Below, piece by piece: positions 9,362 to 19,071 of a stretch of DNA of 64,000 bases. The position numbers and the translations under genes are program-made. The notes under the pieces were generated by a model, which saw only the letters and a list, made by a program, of their open reading frames with translations, was not told where the DNA came from and did no database searches. The stretch is from a virus. Taxonomy: Duplodnaviria; Caudoviricetes. How positions within the stretch are numbered: the first letter of the stretch is position 1; every line of letters starts with the position of its first letter. Location of the stretch: positions 128,001 through 192,000 of the IMG/VR virus record IMGVR_UViG_3300002307_000018, one strand, 5' to 3'.

Positions 9362-9772
9362 ATGAGAGCCAGCGAATTCATTACCGAAGCAAAGAAAGAG
9401 TCTCATCCTGAACGAGAAAAGGGCAAGAAGTCTCCGAAACTTAATCCAGATCATGAATCCACTATGAAAAACGTTCACAAGACACGTGACGTAGGTGGAT
9501 ATGATCGTATATATCACATGAATCGCATGGGTATGGCAATGGCAATGGCAGACGGTAAGAGTCATAAGCCTGTAGATATGGATGCATCCAGTTGGACAGA
9601 AAAGTACAATACGCTACACCCATACACCGATGAAGAAGAAAACATGATTCATCAGGCAATGGCGACTATTCCAACTGATCATAAACACGTGTCTAACTCA
9701 AGAGACAGCAAAGAACCAGATCACGTACATAGAATAAGCCCAGTAACCGGCTTCAAAGGATACGCAAGATGA
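9362..9772 (+). CDS. Hypothetical protein with capsid-targeting-like N-terminus
   Basis: MRASEFITE; paralogue of next gene. Confidence 0.6.
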   Translation: MRASEFITEAKKESHPEREKGKKSPKLNPDHESTMKNVHKTRDVGGYDRIYHMNRMGMAMAMADGKSHKPVDMDASSWTEKYNTLHPYTDEEENMIHQAMATIPTDHKHVSNSRDSKEPDHVHRISPVTGFKGYAR

Positions 9773-10179
9773 GAGCAAAAGATTTTCTAACAGAAGCATC
9801 TGATGACATGTTCAATCTGCCAACATCAAAATTACCGCCTGATGTAGCAGGTGCACTGCCCGCCACCTATACAATCCCAAAATTACAAAACAACGATCCC
9901 TATCATCAATATAGATTTGGTGTAGCAATCGCCTCGGCCAAAGGTCGTGCATATGACAGAAAACAGGGTACAACACGGCTTGCACCAGCTACTCCCTGGG
10001 GCGAAAATGAAATTGTAGTAAGTTTTGATCCCGATATTGCAGAGTGGATTGATGATGCTCTAGAACAGATTGGTTTAAAACCTAGTGATAAGAAACTAAT
10101 CAGTACAATGAAAAGTCAGGAAGCGCCGGACGTTGAATACAAAAGTCCGATTCAAGGATTTAAAGGTTACGAACGATAG
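9769..10179 (+). CDS. Hypothetical protein with capsid-targeting-like N-terminus
   Basis: MRAKDFLTE; shares SPxxGFKGYxR C-terminus with previous gene. Confidence 0.6.
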   Translation: MRAKDFLTEASDDMFNLPTSKLPPDVAGALPATYTIPKLQNNDPYHQYRFGVAIASAKGRAYDRKQGTTRLAPATPWGENEIVVSFDPDIAEWIDDALEQIGLKPSDKKLISTMKSQEAPDVEYKSPIQGFKGYER

Positions 10180-10187
10180 GAAACACT

Positions 10188-10508
10188 ATGGACTTAAATG
10201 AAATACTAACAACAATAAAAAATGATTGGGCATTCTTGATGTTTGCGTTTACAATCGGTGGTATCTGGTGGCAGGGTAAAGCTTGGTTCAAAAAGATTGA
10301 TTCCGCTCTTAGTCGTGAGGGCGATGAGCATAATTCTCAATCTGCCATGCTACAGTCAATACACGATAAGATAGAAAATCTAGAAGATCGTACAACCAAG
10401 GTTGAAGAAATCGTTACACGCATACATGAAGAACAGCATGAGCAAGAAGTCAAGCTTGCAGTGTTAGAGTCAACTGCGTCACGTCGTCGCAACACATCAA
10501 GAACGTAA
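10188..10508 (+). CDS. Single-TM coiled-coil protein
   Basis: One hydrophobic helix then heptad pattern; AGGA RBS. Confidence 0.5.
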   Translation: MDLNEILTTIKNDWAFLMFAFTIGGIWWQGKAWFKKIDSALSREGDEHNSQSAMLQSIHDKIENLEDRTTKVEEIVTRIHEEQHEQEVKLAVLESTASRRRNTSRT

Positions 10509-10566
10509 ATCTCAAATAATCGTCGTTAACAAGTTTAGATAAATAGTTTATACACTCTTATAAACT

Positions 10567-13137
10567 ATGAAACCATTTGAATTTATCTATGAAAGTTTTC
10601 TAAAAGAAAGATTTAACGGCTGGAAACCAGAAATTTTCAGACGTTATGCCGACGGCACTTTCAGTGTTAGATTGCCTGACGGCTCTACACGCAAATTCAG
10701 AAACATGCAACAGTTGTATCACTATAGACGTGCAAACAATTTATTGTCTGCCAGTGAACAAGCCGCCGATGCTGTACAAGAACCAGAAGACCCAGTACAA
10801 GCTCCTGCAGTTACAAAACCAAGAGCAGTTGCAAAACCAAGAGCAGTTGCAAAACCAACGATCACAAAACCAGCAGATGCAACTCCGCCAGCAGAACCCT
10901 TATCAAAGAGCAATGTTCAACAGGGCATTGATGCTGCACAAGCAACCAAAGCAACAGGCTTTACGGCAGACCCAGAAGATCCTTCTAAAAGTTATGCAAA
11001 GTCAGTTGTTGCTAACAAGTCAAGAGAAGCAAGTACAAATCGCTATGGTATCGACAACGTATATCTTATCAATGCTGATGGTGAAGCACTAGTGTTTCAC
11101 GGGTTCGCAACAGTTCCAATGATCATGGACAGCTTTCATCAGTCTACTAGCTTTGGATTAGGCGTAGACTTGGTTAAAGCAATGGCAGCAAAGTTCCCAC
11201 ATCCAAAGCAAAGCGCAGTTATCGCTGATATTGAAGCGACTGGATATACATCTAAGAAAGATGCGTATCCTCTAAAAGTATACGGAAAGCAATACCCAAC
11301 ATTGGGCTGGGCATCAGCTGGAAAGGCAAAGATTCAGTTTGAAAGTGGAGACATGAACAAAGCAGTTGCAACAGCGGAAAGTGCTATTGCTAGTGCATTC
11401 AAGGGCAAAAATCTGCGTGGACCCGAAGGTGGTATCATATGGGTAAATCCAGGTGATCGTGCGTCTGCTATTGGATTCGCTTTAAGTCATTGCGTAAAGA
11501 CTCCAACAAAAGATTTCCCACAAACAGGCGCAGACAAAGATTGGTCTGCATATACAAAAGACAAAGAGATTACACACTATGTGTTTGGATACTTCAACAC
11601 ATCTACTGGCGGTATCGATGTTAACCCAGACAGCGGTAAGCAAGTATTCCCACAGTTTACTGTTGGTCTGATTGAGAAACTAACAGGCTTTCGTGGAGCA
11701 GGTAAGAAATCAGAAAAGCGTCAAAGTGACATCAAACCTAACACTGTACTGGGAATGTCTCCCGGCATGGCTGGTTTGAACACAGTCAATGAATTGGGTA
11801 TTGCAATTGAGGGTAGAACTCTTAACAGTCCGTTCAGTGACATATACTCTCTTATCAAGACTAACTGTGCTGATCCTAAGAAGCCACAAAAAGTCAAGAA
11901 ACTAATTGAGATCACTGACGAAACAATTGGTAAGTCAGCCAATCAAACAGTTAGCTATCCTGTAGTTATCGATGACATTTCAATGGACGAAGCTGGTTTT
12001 GCAACCAATGCAGTTACAGTTGACTTTATGGAAATTCTACACCCGCTTATTCTTATGAAGCCTGATGGCGCAGTGAATGAAGGTTTCATGGACAACGGTA
12101 TTTACGAAGCAGCATTGGCGTTCTTGGGTACAACTGATCTAAGCAAGTGCAAGGTGTTTTATCCCGCAGCGGCTAATGCTCCTATGTATGACAGTATACT
12201 GCTGTACAACAACAAGACACTAATGGTCAGTAGCAAGGGTAAAGTCGGTGCAACTCCTGCGGTTACAGGACTGGGTAGTGCGTATCTTACTTTAGTTACC
12301 AACCCTAATCTTCCAAAGCAAGTCAAAGCAGCATTCAAAGAGTTAATGACTGGTCACCCAGAGTACGGTAACTTGCTGAAATATTTCAACACAGGCGATT
12401 CATCTGACTTACCCAAAGTTGGTAAAGCAAAAGCAATTGGTCAGCAATTGCTGCAACTACAAGCAGCAAAGGGTCAAACAGCAAAACGAGCGATTGGTGT
12501 TAAAGTTGCAGCCGCACTGAATGAATTAGACAGAGGACAGTTTGTCGAGTTCTGTCAGTTTGTCATGAGTTCTACCAATCTTGTACAGGTCAACACAATG
12601 TATGACGAGCAAGATTCTAGTATCGTTGTAGAGGGTTTTACCGCTACATGGCCTAACGCAGTGTATGACAACATTGAGTTTTCATTCGGCAATCAACTTG
12701 CATTCAAACTAGCAATTGGTGGCATGGGTAGTGCAACATCCACAGATGGTCCCGACTTCGACTCGTACAAGACCATTGACAACAAGGGCAAGAAAACAGT
12801 CAAGCCACGTTTTGCAGGTTTGGGAAATTTCTCAGGTCTAACAGTTCCTGGAACAAAGGGATTGCCTTTCGGAAGAGGCGGAAAACCAGCACCAAAAGAC
12901 AATAACTGGCCCGCAACTCTAAAAGAGCTAGACACTAGATATACAAAGTTTATGCAAGAATATGAGGGACAATCTGATCGAGCCAAGAGAATAAATGCAA
13001 TAGATGAACTGCAACCATACTATGATCCTGTTGTGCAACTCGTAAGAAAGGTCGGTCACAATCCATCAATGGAAACCGGAACTACATACACAACCCGAGA
13101 TTTGCTCGATAGAATTAGAAAATTATTAGGACAATAA
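10567..13137 (+). CDS. Large hypothetical protein with capsid-targeting-like N-terminus; possible PD-(D/E)xK-like domain
   Basis: 856-aa ORF; MKPFEFIYE; KPRAVA repeats; YPxxxNxPMYDS...VSSKG. Confidence 0.55.
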   Translation: MKPFEFIYESFLKERFNGWKPEIFRRYADGTFSVRLPDGSTRKFRNMQQLYHYRRANNLLSASEQAADAVQEPEDPVQAPAVTKPRAVAKPRAVAKPTITKPADATPPAEPLSKSNVQQGIDAAQATKATGFTADPEDPSKSYAKSVVANKSREASTNRYGIDNVYLINADGEALVFHGFATVPMIMDSFHQSTSFGLGVDLVKAMAAKFPHPKQSAVIADIEATGYTSKKDAYPLKVYGKQYPTLGWASAGKAKIQFESGDMNKAVATAESAIASAFKGKNLRGPEGGIIWVNPGDRASAIGFALSHCVKTPTKDFPQTGADKDWSAYTKDKEITHYVFGYFNTSTGGIDVNPDSGKQVFPQFTVGLIEKLTGFRGAGKKSEKRQSDIKPNTVLGMSPGMAGLNTVNELGIAIEGRTLNSPFSDIYSLIKTNCADPKKPQKVKKLIEITDETIGKSANQTVSYPVVIDDISMDEAGFATNAVTVDFMEILHPLILMKPDGAVNEGFMDNGIYEAALAFLGTTDLSKCKVFYPAAANAPMYDSILLYNNKTLMVSSKGKVGATPAVTGLGSAYLTLVTNPNLPKQVKAAFKELMTGHPEYGNLLKYFNTGDSSDLPKVGKAKAIGQQLLQLQAAKGQTAKRAIGVKVAAALNELDRGQFVEFCQFVMSSTNLVQVNTMYDEQDSSIVVEGFTATWPNAVYDNIEFSFGNQLAFKLAIGGMGSATSTDGPDFDSYKTIDNKGKKTVKPRFAGLGNFSGLTVPGTKGLPFGRGGKPAPKDNNWPATLKELDTRYTKFMQEYEGQSDRAKRINAIDELQPYYDPVVQLVRKVGHNPSMETGTTYTTRDLLDRIRKLLGQ

Positions 13138-13138
13138 C

Positions 13139-14050
13139 ATGAAATTTAGTGACGTATTATTAGAAGCTGCGGACCCAAAGTTGTTAAAATATCTGTCTGG
13201 GAATAGTGACTACTATAAGGTCGGCCCAGACTATGTGTTCATTTGGACTAACGCTAGACTTCGTGAGTTGCTCAAGAACGGAGCAAGAATGGGCGATGCA
13301 GGTCTTGGAACAGTTACCACTCCAGTCAAGACATCAGATGGTCTTGGAGTTGTATCAGTGCGAACAGGAGATGTTTGCGTTGGAGCCGTTGACAGAGACT
13401 ATGTTGCCAGATGGGTAAGCAGTGTTCCTGATGGTGATCCTGCCAGATTTTTCAGAACAATTCAAAGCAGTAAGATCAGAGAGCTACCAACAAAACTTCA
13501 AGACTTGGGCGATTACTACAGCACTGAGTCGGAAAAGAGTGATCCTAATCGAGTGACTAGCAAGGGCGTTCAGAAAATTATTGACACCATCAACACGAAT
13601 GATGATTATGAATTTCTCAGAGATGACTCAGAAATTTTAGATATTGAAGATATGAGTCCTAGCGAAGCAAAAAGTCATTTTGAAGAAGCAATTAGAAAAA
13701 TGAAACACAGAGAAAAAATTCTTCAAAAACAAGTCAAGAAAATAATGGATATCATGAGAGAGAAAGAAGATCAACTTTCTGATGAAGAAATATTAGACTT
13801 GGGTAGACAAGCAAAAAGAATGGGTGGAACTGAGATTCGTGGAATTTCATTGGTAGTCAATGATCTAGAAAGATTCATCAAACGTGAAGCGAATCTATTC
13901 ATTGATGACACAGAAGAAAAAGCAGACGATGAAGAAGAAATCAACGACACCGACACTGACAACAAGATTGATCTGTGGATGGAAGAATTTGAAACTAACT
14001 TTCCTGGTCTTGAGATCAGAGACTCGCATCAATTTGACCCTAACATCTAA
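13139..14050 (+). CDS. Hypothetical protein with capsid-targeting-like N-terminus
   Basis: MKFSDVLLE; acidic C-terminus. Confidence 0.6.
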   Translation: MKFSDVLLEAADPKLLKYLSGNSDYYKVGPDYVFIWTNARLRELLKNGARMGDAGLGTVTTPVKTSDGLGVVSVRTGDVCVGAVDRDYVARWVSSVPDGDPARFFRTIQSSKIRELPTKLQDLGDYYSTESEKSDPNRVTSKGVQKIIDTINTNDDYEFLRDDSEILDIEDMSPSEAKSHFEEAIRKMKHREKILQKQVKKIMDIMREKEDQLSDEEILDLGRQAKRMGGTEIRGISLVVNDLERFIKREANLFIDDTEEKADDEEEINDTDTDNKIDLWMEEFETNFPGLEIRDSHQFDPNI

Positions 14051-14052
14051 CT

Positions 14053-14499
14053 ATGAAATGGCACGAGATCACCAACGAGGCTGTCAACGAGAAAATATTT
14101 CAGCGTGGGTTTGAAGAAACAAAACCATACGACAAATACATTCTTGTGGCCAAGCATGGTGAACTGCCCTACGTTCCCAACAAACGTGCTACACGCAGTG
14201 ATCAGTTTAGAGTAGAATGTCGCAAGGGTGGAGCTGTGATTGCATGGGTCAACTTTGCTCTTGCTAACGACCACTTAGAAGCTATCGATGTAAACGTTGA
14301 CAACAAGTATCGTCGTCAGGGTATAGCCACTGCTATGTACAAGTTTGCTCGTGAGTTAGGAAACGACATCAAACCATCATCAAAACAACGCCCACTAGGT
14401 CGTGCATTCTGGAGTGACAAGACATCGGAAGTTCTCAAAGAAGTTACCGATCTACAACCGCCGGCAATTCTTGACGGTCTTAACATAGATAAATACTAG
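14053..14499 (+). CDS. GNAT-family acetyltransferase
   Basis: VDNKYRRQGIATAMY acetyl-CoA motif A. Confidence 0.8.
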   Translation: MKWHEITNEAVNEKIFQRGFEETKPYDKYILVAKHGELPYVPNKRATRSDQFRVECRKGGAVIAWVNFALANDHLEAIDVNVDNKYRRQGIATAMYKFARELGNDIKPSSKQRPLGRAFWSDKTSEVLKEVTDLQPPAILDGLNIDKY

Positions 14500-14502
14500 A
14501 CT

Positions 14503-16350
14503 ATGAAATTTGAAGAACTCAACCAACAGCTAGATGAAGTACGCATGGCGCAAAGCAATTTGCAACAGTTCTTGAACTCGCCACGCGCCGCGGGTATGCG
14601 CGCTGGATTTGAAGCAGAACTTATTTTTGCCGGTGCTGCATATTCAATCTACGATGATAACAATGTACAGTACGTTGATGATATGTCAGAAGATGAAAGC
14701 ACTCATGATATAGACTCTATCATTGAGTTCTTTTCTCAGAATGATTACGATTCTCATCAGATACGCAGACTTAGAAACCAATTGTGGAACAATTATACTG
14801 AGTGGCGTGATAAAGTATCTCTAAATGATTTCAGACACAGAGATAAAGAAATGGTAAAGCTGTGGATTGAAGATTATGGCTGGGACGTGACTGCTAAAAT
14901 CGAAGAGTATCTTCGTGACGAGATGGGTCTTAATGAGAAACAAGTATCTGATGCACGTCGAAGAGGTAATTATTATGCAGATAAAATCGACAGTTCAAAA
15001 CAACAACAGAAATTTCGTGAAGCAGATAAGGACTATGATAATTTCTTAAAAGCATCTTTTGCAGTAGATGAAAAATTAGACGAACTAGTAGAAGAAGAAG
15101 TAGAGTTTGAGGGCAAGGCATGGCAAGCAGCCTACGATGAATGGCGCGATGAAGATGACTATGATCAAGAACACTGGTTAGAAGCAAATGATTATACTTC
15201 TATGAGTTCTATTCAGTATGACTATGACATAAATTGGCCCTTTCAAATCGAAGATGAGGATTCAGATCGAAGTGGATACTCTTATGAGGGCGCAGAGGCG
15301 CTTGCTAATTCGCTACATGATGATCTTGGAGTGCAAACAAAAGTAACAAGTAGCTATCACGCTCAAACAAAAGATGGCGTTAGTTGGTATTTTGAACCTG
15401 ATGGTTCATTACGTCCCGATGAAGAAGATGACATGCCATGTGAGATTGTATCTCCGCCCTTACCCTTAAAAGAAACACATGACATTCTTCCCTTATTCTT
15501 TCAATGGGTAGACGAAAATGAGGGCTACGCCAACAAGTCAACAGGCTTTCATATGAGCTTGAGTATGCCTGATCACAAGCCAGCAACAGTTGACTTTCTA
15601 AAGCTGGCATTGTTCATGGGCGATGAGCATGTACTAACAAATTTTAGCAGACAAGCAAACGAATACTGCGAAAGTTCACTAGGCATTATTAGAAATAGAT
15701 TGACAAATATGTCATCTCAAGAAGATATAACAACTAGATTAGATTTGGCATTCAGCGCAATGCGTAAAAATTTGCTTGATCTTGCAAGCAAGGCAGTAAA
15801 CACTCGTGGTCAGGGAAAATTCGTATCAATCAATGATCGTGGTAACTACATTGAGTTTCGTAGTGCAGGTGGATCAAACTACTTTAGCGACATCAATCTT
15901 GTGCAAAACACGCTGTTGCGTTATGCGTATGCTATGAGTATTGCTAGCGATCCCACAGCAGAACGTCAAGAGTATGCCAAGAAACTATACAAGTTCTTGG
16001 CTCCTGCAATTCAATCTAGCCCTGATGCAATGCAGTACTTTGTACAGTACACAACAGGTCAATTGACACGCCCAGAACTGGTAAGCGCCGTCAAACAAGT
16101 AGTCAGAAAGCGTCAACTAGCAAAACGTACACCAGATCAAATAGCGGCAGATCAAGATGGCGTACATAATTACTGGGAGTTACGCAATACTAGTCAGGGA
16201 AATGCACTTAATTTGTTTTCGGCCACCGGTCGTGAAGATGCTTATCGACAAGCACTAGATTGGGCGCAACGTCATCTTGGTCTGCGTATGTCAGCATTAC
16301 CTGCAAACTTAGAAGTTAATAGAGTAACTGATGATCCGGACCATTCATAA
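14503..16350 (+). CDS. Putative amidoligase (COOH-NH2 ligase type 2)
   Basis: GFEAE, PDGSL, EIVSPP, TGFH and IEFRS motifs. Confidence 0.72.
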   Translation: MKFEELNQQLDEVRMAQSNLQQFLNSPRAAGMRAGFEAELIFAGAAYSIYDDNNVQYVDDMSEDESTHDIDSIIEFFSQNDYDSHQIRRLRNQLWNNYTEWRDKVSLNDFRHRDKEMVKLWIEDYGWDVTAKIEEYLRDEMGLNEKQVSDARRRGNYYADKIDSSKQQQKFREADKDYDNFLKASFAVDEKLDELVEEEVEFEGKAWQAAYDEWRDEDDYDQEHWLEANDYTSMSSIQYDYDINWPFQIEDEDSDRSGYSYEGAEALANSLHDDLGVQTKVTSSYHAQTKDGVSWYFEPDGSLRPDEEDDMPCEIVSPPLPLKETHDILPLFFQWVDENEGYANKSTGFHMSLSMPDHKPATVDFLKLALFMGDEHVLTNFSRQANEYCESSLGIIRNRLTNMSSQEDITTRLDLAFSAMRKNLLDLASKAVNTRGQGKFVSINDRGNYIEFRSAGGSNYFSDINLVQNTLLRYAYAMSIASDPTAERQEYAKKLYKFLAPAIQSSPDAMQYFVQYTTGQLTRPELVSAVKQVVRKRQLAKRTPDQIAADQDGVHNYWELRNTSQGNALNLFSATGREDAYRQALDWAQRHLGLRMSALPANLEVNRVTDDPDHS

Positions 16351-17228
16351 TGAAATCAACAGAATTTCTAACTGAAACTCTGAGTCGTGTTGCGTATCAT
16401 TATACAAGACTAGACAAAGCGGCAAAGATCATGAAAGCTGGACAATTTGAATTGTCTAGTGATCTAGGCAGCGTAGAACAACAGTACTCACCCAAGGGCT
16501 ATCGTTACTTCTTAAGCACTGCTCGAACAAAAACTGGTGGATATCACGCTATGATTGGTAGTGATGCTACTATGTTTGTGCTAGACGGTAACTGGTTCAA
16601 TAATCACTATATATCAAAACCAGTAGACTACTGGCTCAATCGTGATCCATCACAATTACATCATCGTTCGCATGAAGCAGAAGATCGTGTGTTTTCAAAA
16701 ACACCCACAATACCTGTTGATGGAGTTAGTTCCATTCATATTCTAATCAAACCAGAACGTGCTCATGAATATGCAGGTGCTTGGGCAAGAACAGTACTGA
16801 TCAATGCAAAGAGACGAAACATACCAGCATACTTGTACAATGATGAAACTGCATGGCGTCGTTTAGACACCAGCAAAGCACAACCAATTTCCAACAACCC
16901 AGCATTGCGTGGTCAACAACACATTGTTACCAGACAATCTAGATACAATCTCAAAGGGTATTTACATTCATGGTTACAGTTGATCAATGCTACTGATCAA
17001 AAACAACTGACTAAAGATGCAGATAAACTACGCTATAGTCTAAAATATAATCAAGACTCTAAAGACGCTCTTCAAGGACTTGCAAATGAAATGTCTAACG
17101 CTCGTAAGCCTGACAATGGCATAGATCGTGAGAACGCAGTCAATATCATTCGCTATATGCAGAAGAATCGAATGAACGATTTAAGTGACTTGATAAAACA
17201 TTTACAAAAGAAGTGGTCTACAGAATGA
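16350..17228 (+). CDS. Hypothetical protein, possible ADP-ribosyltransferase fold
   Basis: YHYT...FLSTAR...FVLDG...EAEDR pattern; MKSTEFLTE N-terminus. Confidence 0.4.
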   Translation: MKSTEFLTETLSRVAYHYTRLDKAAKIMKAGQFELSSDLGSVEQQYSPKGYRYFLSTARTKTGGYHAMIGSDATMFVLDGNWFNNHYISKPVDYWLNRDPSQLHHRSHEAEDRVFSKTPTIPVDGVSSIHILIKPERAHEYAGAWARTVLINAKRRNIPAYLYNDETAWRRLDTSKAQPISNNPALRGQQHIVTRQSRYNLKGYLHSWLQLINATDQKQLTKDADKLRYSLKYNQDSKDALQGLANEMSNARKPDNGIDRENAVNIIRYMQKNRMNDLSDLIKHLQKKWSTE

Positions 17229-18022
17229 AGATCAATGAAATTTTACTAGAGTCTAGCTATCACAAGTTACCTGCGCTTCAAACTGTCTTTGAGGCAGGGT
17301 GGGATCGTCAACCTATCAAACACTACAGTGACAAGGAACAGGCGGAGATACATCGTGCGGAAGAATTGCCCTGGGATTCAAAAAATCAAAAAGATATCTT
17401 GGGCTATACCGGCAACGGCGCCAGTAAGTGGAATGATTTTCTACATCGTCACTATCGTGGGCTAGCCAAACCAGCAGCAATTGAAAAATACGGCAAGCGT
17501 GTGTCAGGTGTTGATCGTGAACTGGCAAAAAATGTGCTGAAGAAAGACTACGTTCTCTATACTGGTTTACCAGAAAGCCCAATTGAAGCATTCAAGCTGT
17601 ATAAACAGCCAACCAATCGACCACTGACTGTTCATCTACCTGCATACACCAGCACCATCACTAGATGGGACATTGCAGCCGGGTTTGCGACCAATCAAGC
17701 TAGTTGGGATCCTATTGATCGCAGTGGACATAAAGTTTTAGATCCAACGGGCAAACAAATAAAAAACTCACAAAAAAAGAATAAGAGAATTCGAGAATTT
17801 GACATACTCAGAATTTTTGTACCAGCAGGAACCACAGGTGCCAGCGTTGCAGAACTATCGCAGAACTACGATGAGGCTGAAGTATTACTGCCACGTGGAC
17901 TGAATATAGTTATCTCTCCCAATCCACATCAAGTTGAATATCGAGGCGATATCTTTTATGTTTGGAATGCAAAGGTAGTAGGACACACGCCACAGCCGAT
18001 TGTATTTGACCAAAAAGATTGA
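17225..18022 (+). CDS. VIP2/Alt-like ADP-ribosyltransferase
   Basis: YTG...N..L, YTST, LRIFVPAG and EAEVLLPRG (ExE) motifs. Confidence 0.72.
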   Translation: MKINEILLESSYHKLPALQTVFEAGWDRQPIKHYSDKEQAEIHRAEELPWDSKNQKDILGYTGNGASKWNDFLHRHYRGLAKPAAIEKYGKRVSGVDRELAKNVLKKDYVLYTGLPESPIEAFKLYKQPTNRPLTVHLPAYTSTITRWDIAAGFATNQASWDPIDRSGHKVLDPTGKQIKNSQKKNKRIREFDILRIFVPAGTTGASVAELSQNYDEAEVLLPRGLNIVISPNPHQVEYRGDIFYVWNAKVVGHTPQPIVFDQKD

Positions 18023-18046
18023 CATTACATCTGAGTATGCTATAAT
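18019..18046 (+). promoter_or_regulatory. sigma70-type promoter (leaderless start)
   Basis: TTGACA-16-TATAAT; ATG 6 nt downstream. Confidence 0.7.
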
Positions 18047-18052
18047 AGATAC

Positions 18053-18250
18053 ATGACTGAACAAACAAAATCAACCGTAGAAGCCGTAACTTACGAGGTC
18101 GTTACAAAGATCGATCCTGAAACTGGAGACACCATTCTTCCTATTCCACCAGAACTTCTGCAACGCATGGGTTGGAAAGAGGGTGATGAACTTGACATTG
18201 GACACGATACCGAGGGTCGCATTGTATTCACCAAGCGTGGTGGAACATGA
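18053..18250 (+). CDS. AbrB/MazE/SpoVT-like DNA-binding protein
   Basis: ILPIPPELLQRMGWKEGDELDI. Confidence 0.7.
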   Translation: MTEQTKSTVEAVTYEVVTKIDPETGDTILPIPPELLQRMGWKEGDELDIGHDTEGRIVFTKRGGT

Positions 18251-18621
18251 GTACAACTCCACCACTTACAATCAACACAGGAGCAGGCGTTGCCGGTAGT
18301 TCTGGTATCGGCGGTCAAATGCTGATACTTAGTGCCAACGGACCGCAATGGAACAAATCTGGCATCGACACCTCTTTGGGACTTTTTGTCAAGGGTGACG
18401 CTGAGATTGGGGGCACACTAACAGTGGGCGGGCAAGAAATCACCAAGACAATTGACGAACGATTATCTGCCATTGAAGAGCGTCTTGGCATTCTCAGAGT
18501 AGACGAAAAGCTGGCAGATCGCTGGGCAGAATTGGGCGAATTGCGTAAACGCTATAGAGAATTGGAACAAGAGTGCTGGGAAAAGGACGAAATCATTCGT
18601 TTGCTCAAGGGAAAAACTTGA
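18247..18621 (+). CDS. Hypothetical protein with C-terminal coiled coil
   Basis: ATGA-coupled ORF. Confidence 0.55.
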   Translation: MSTTPPLTINTGAGVAGSSGIGGQMLILSANGPQWNKSGIDTSLGLFVKGDAEIGGTLTVGGQEITKTIDERLSAIEERLGILRVDEKLADRWAELGELRKRYRELEQECWEKDEIIRLLKGKT

Positions 18622-18646
18622 CAATAAATCCCACTTGTGCTATAAT
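18618..18646 (+). promoter_or_regulatory. sigma70-type promoter
   Basis: TTGACA-17-TATAAT with extended TG. Confidence 0.8.
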
Positions 18647-18676
18647 GTACTATAATCTACTATTACGGTACAAACT

Positions 18677-19057
18677 ATGACAATGCACTTGACACACTTC
18701 ACGACTACTGGCAAACGCAAAGGTAAGCTTAAGTATGCTTCTGCCGAAGCCAAGCGTACGGCAGAACAATTGGAACAAGACTGGCAGGCACTAAAGAAAT
18801 CTTACAGTGCGCCACCAGTCAAAAAGCCCATCAAAAATTCCAGAACTCTTGGCAAAAGTCTGCCCACGATCCCGCAGCGTGGGTCATTGTTGTCTGCACC
18901 CTCGCTCAATTCTGGCATTGGCATTGCGGCAAAAGCACCTGTGCCTGTGTATACGGGCGACAAGATCAAGGGTATTGGCACAATGCACAAGAGTAATGCG
19001 GTGCCTGTGTTCAGTGATGAAGAAGCACACGACATTTCCAAAATGAGACGAGGATAA
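18677..19057 (+). CDS. Conserved T4-like phage hypothetical protein
   Basis: YTGDKIKGIGTMHKSNAVPV motif. Confidence 0.6.
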   Translation: MTMHLTHFTTTGKRKGKLKYASAEAKRTAEQLEQDWQALKKSYSAPPVKKPIKNSRTLGKSLPTIPQRGSLLSAPSLNSGIGIAAKAPVPVYTGDKIKGIGTMHKSNAVPVFSDEEAHDISKMRRG

Positions 19058-19071
19058 GCTAAATACATTAT

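Noticed and set aside
10188-10508. MDLNEILTT as another member of the capsid-targeting tag set
   Set aside because: It lacks the Glu at about position 9 and is followed directly by a TM helix, so it is more likely a membrane protein.
10646-11092. Alternative-frame Q-rich ORF (QLQNQEQLQNQEQLQNQ)
   Set aside because: It is a shadow of the KPRAVA repeat in the 856-aa gene, with no RBS or promoter of its own.
18053-18621. AbrB/MazE gene plus downstream ORF as a toxin-antitoxin pair
   Set aside because: The downstream ORF shows no MazF/VapC/PIN motifs. Stand-alone AbrB-like genes are common in phages.
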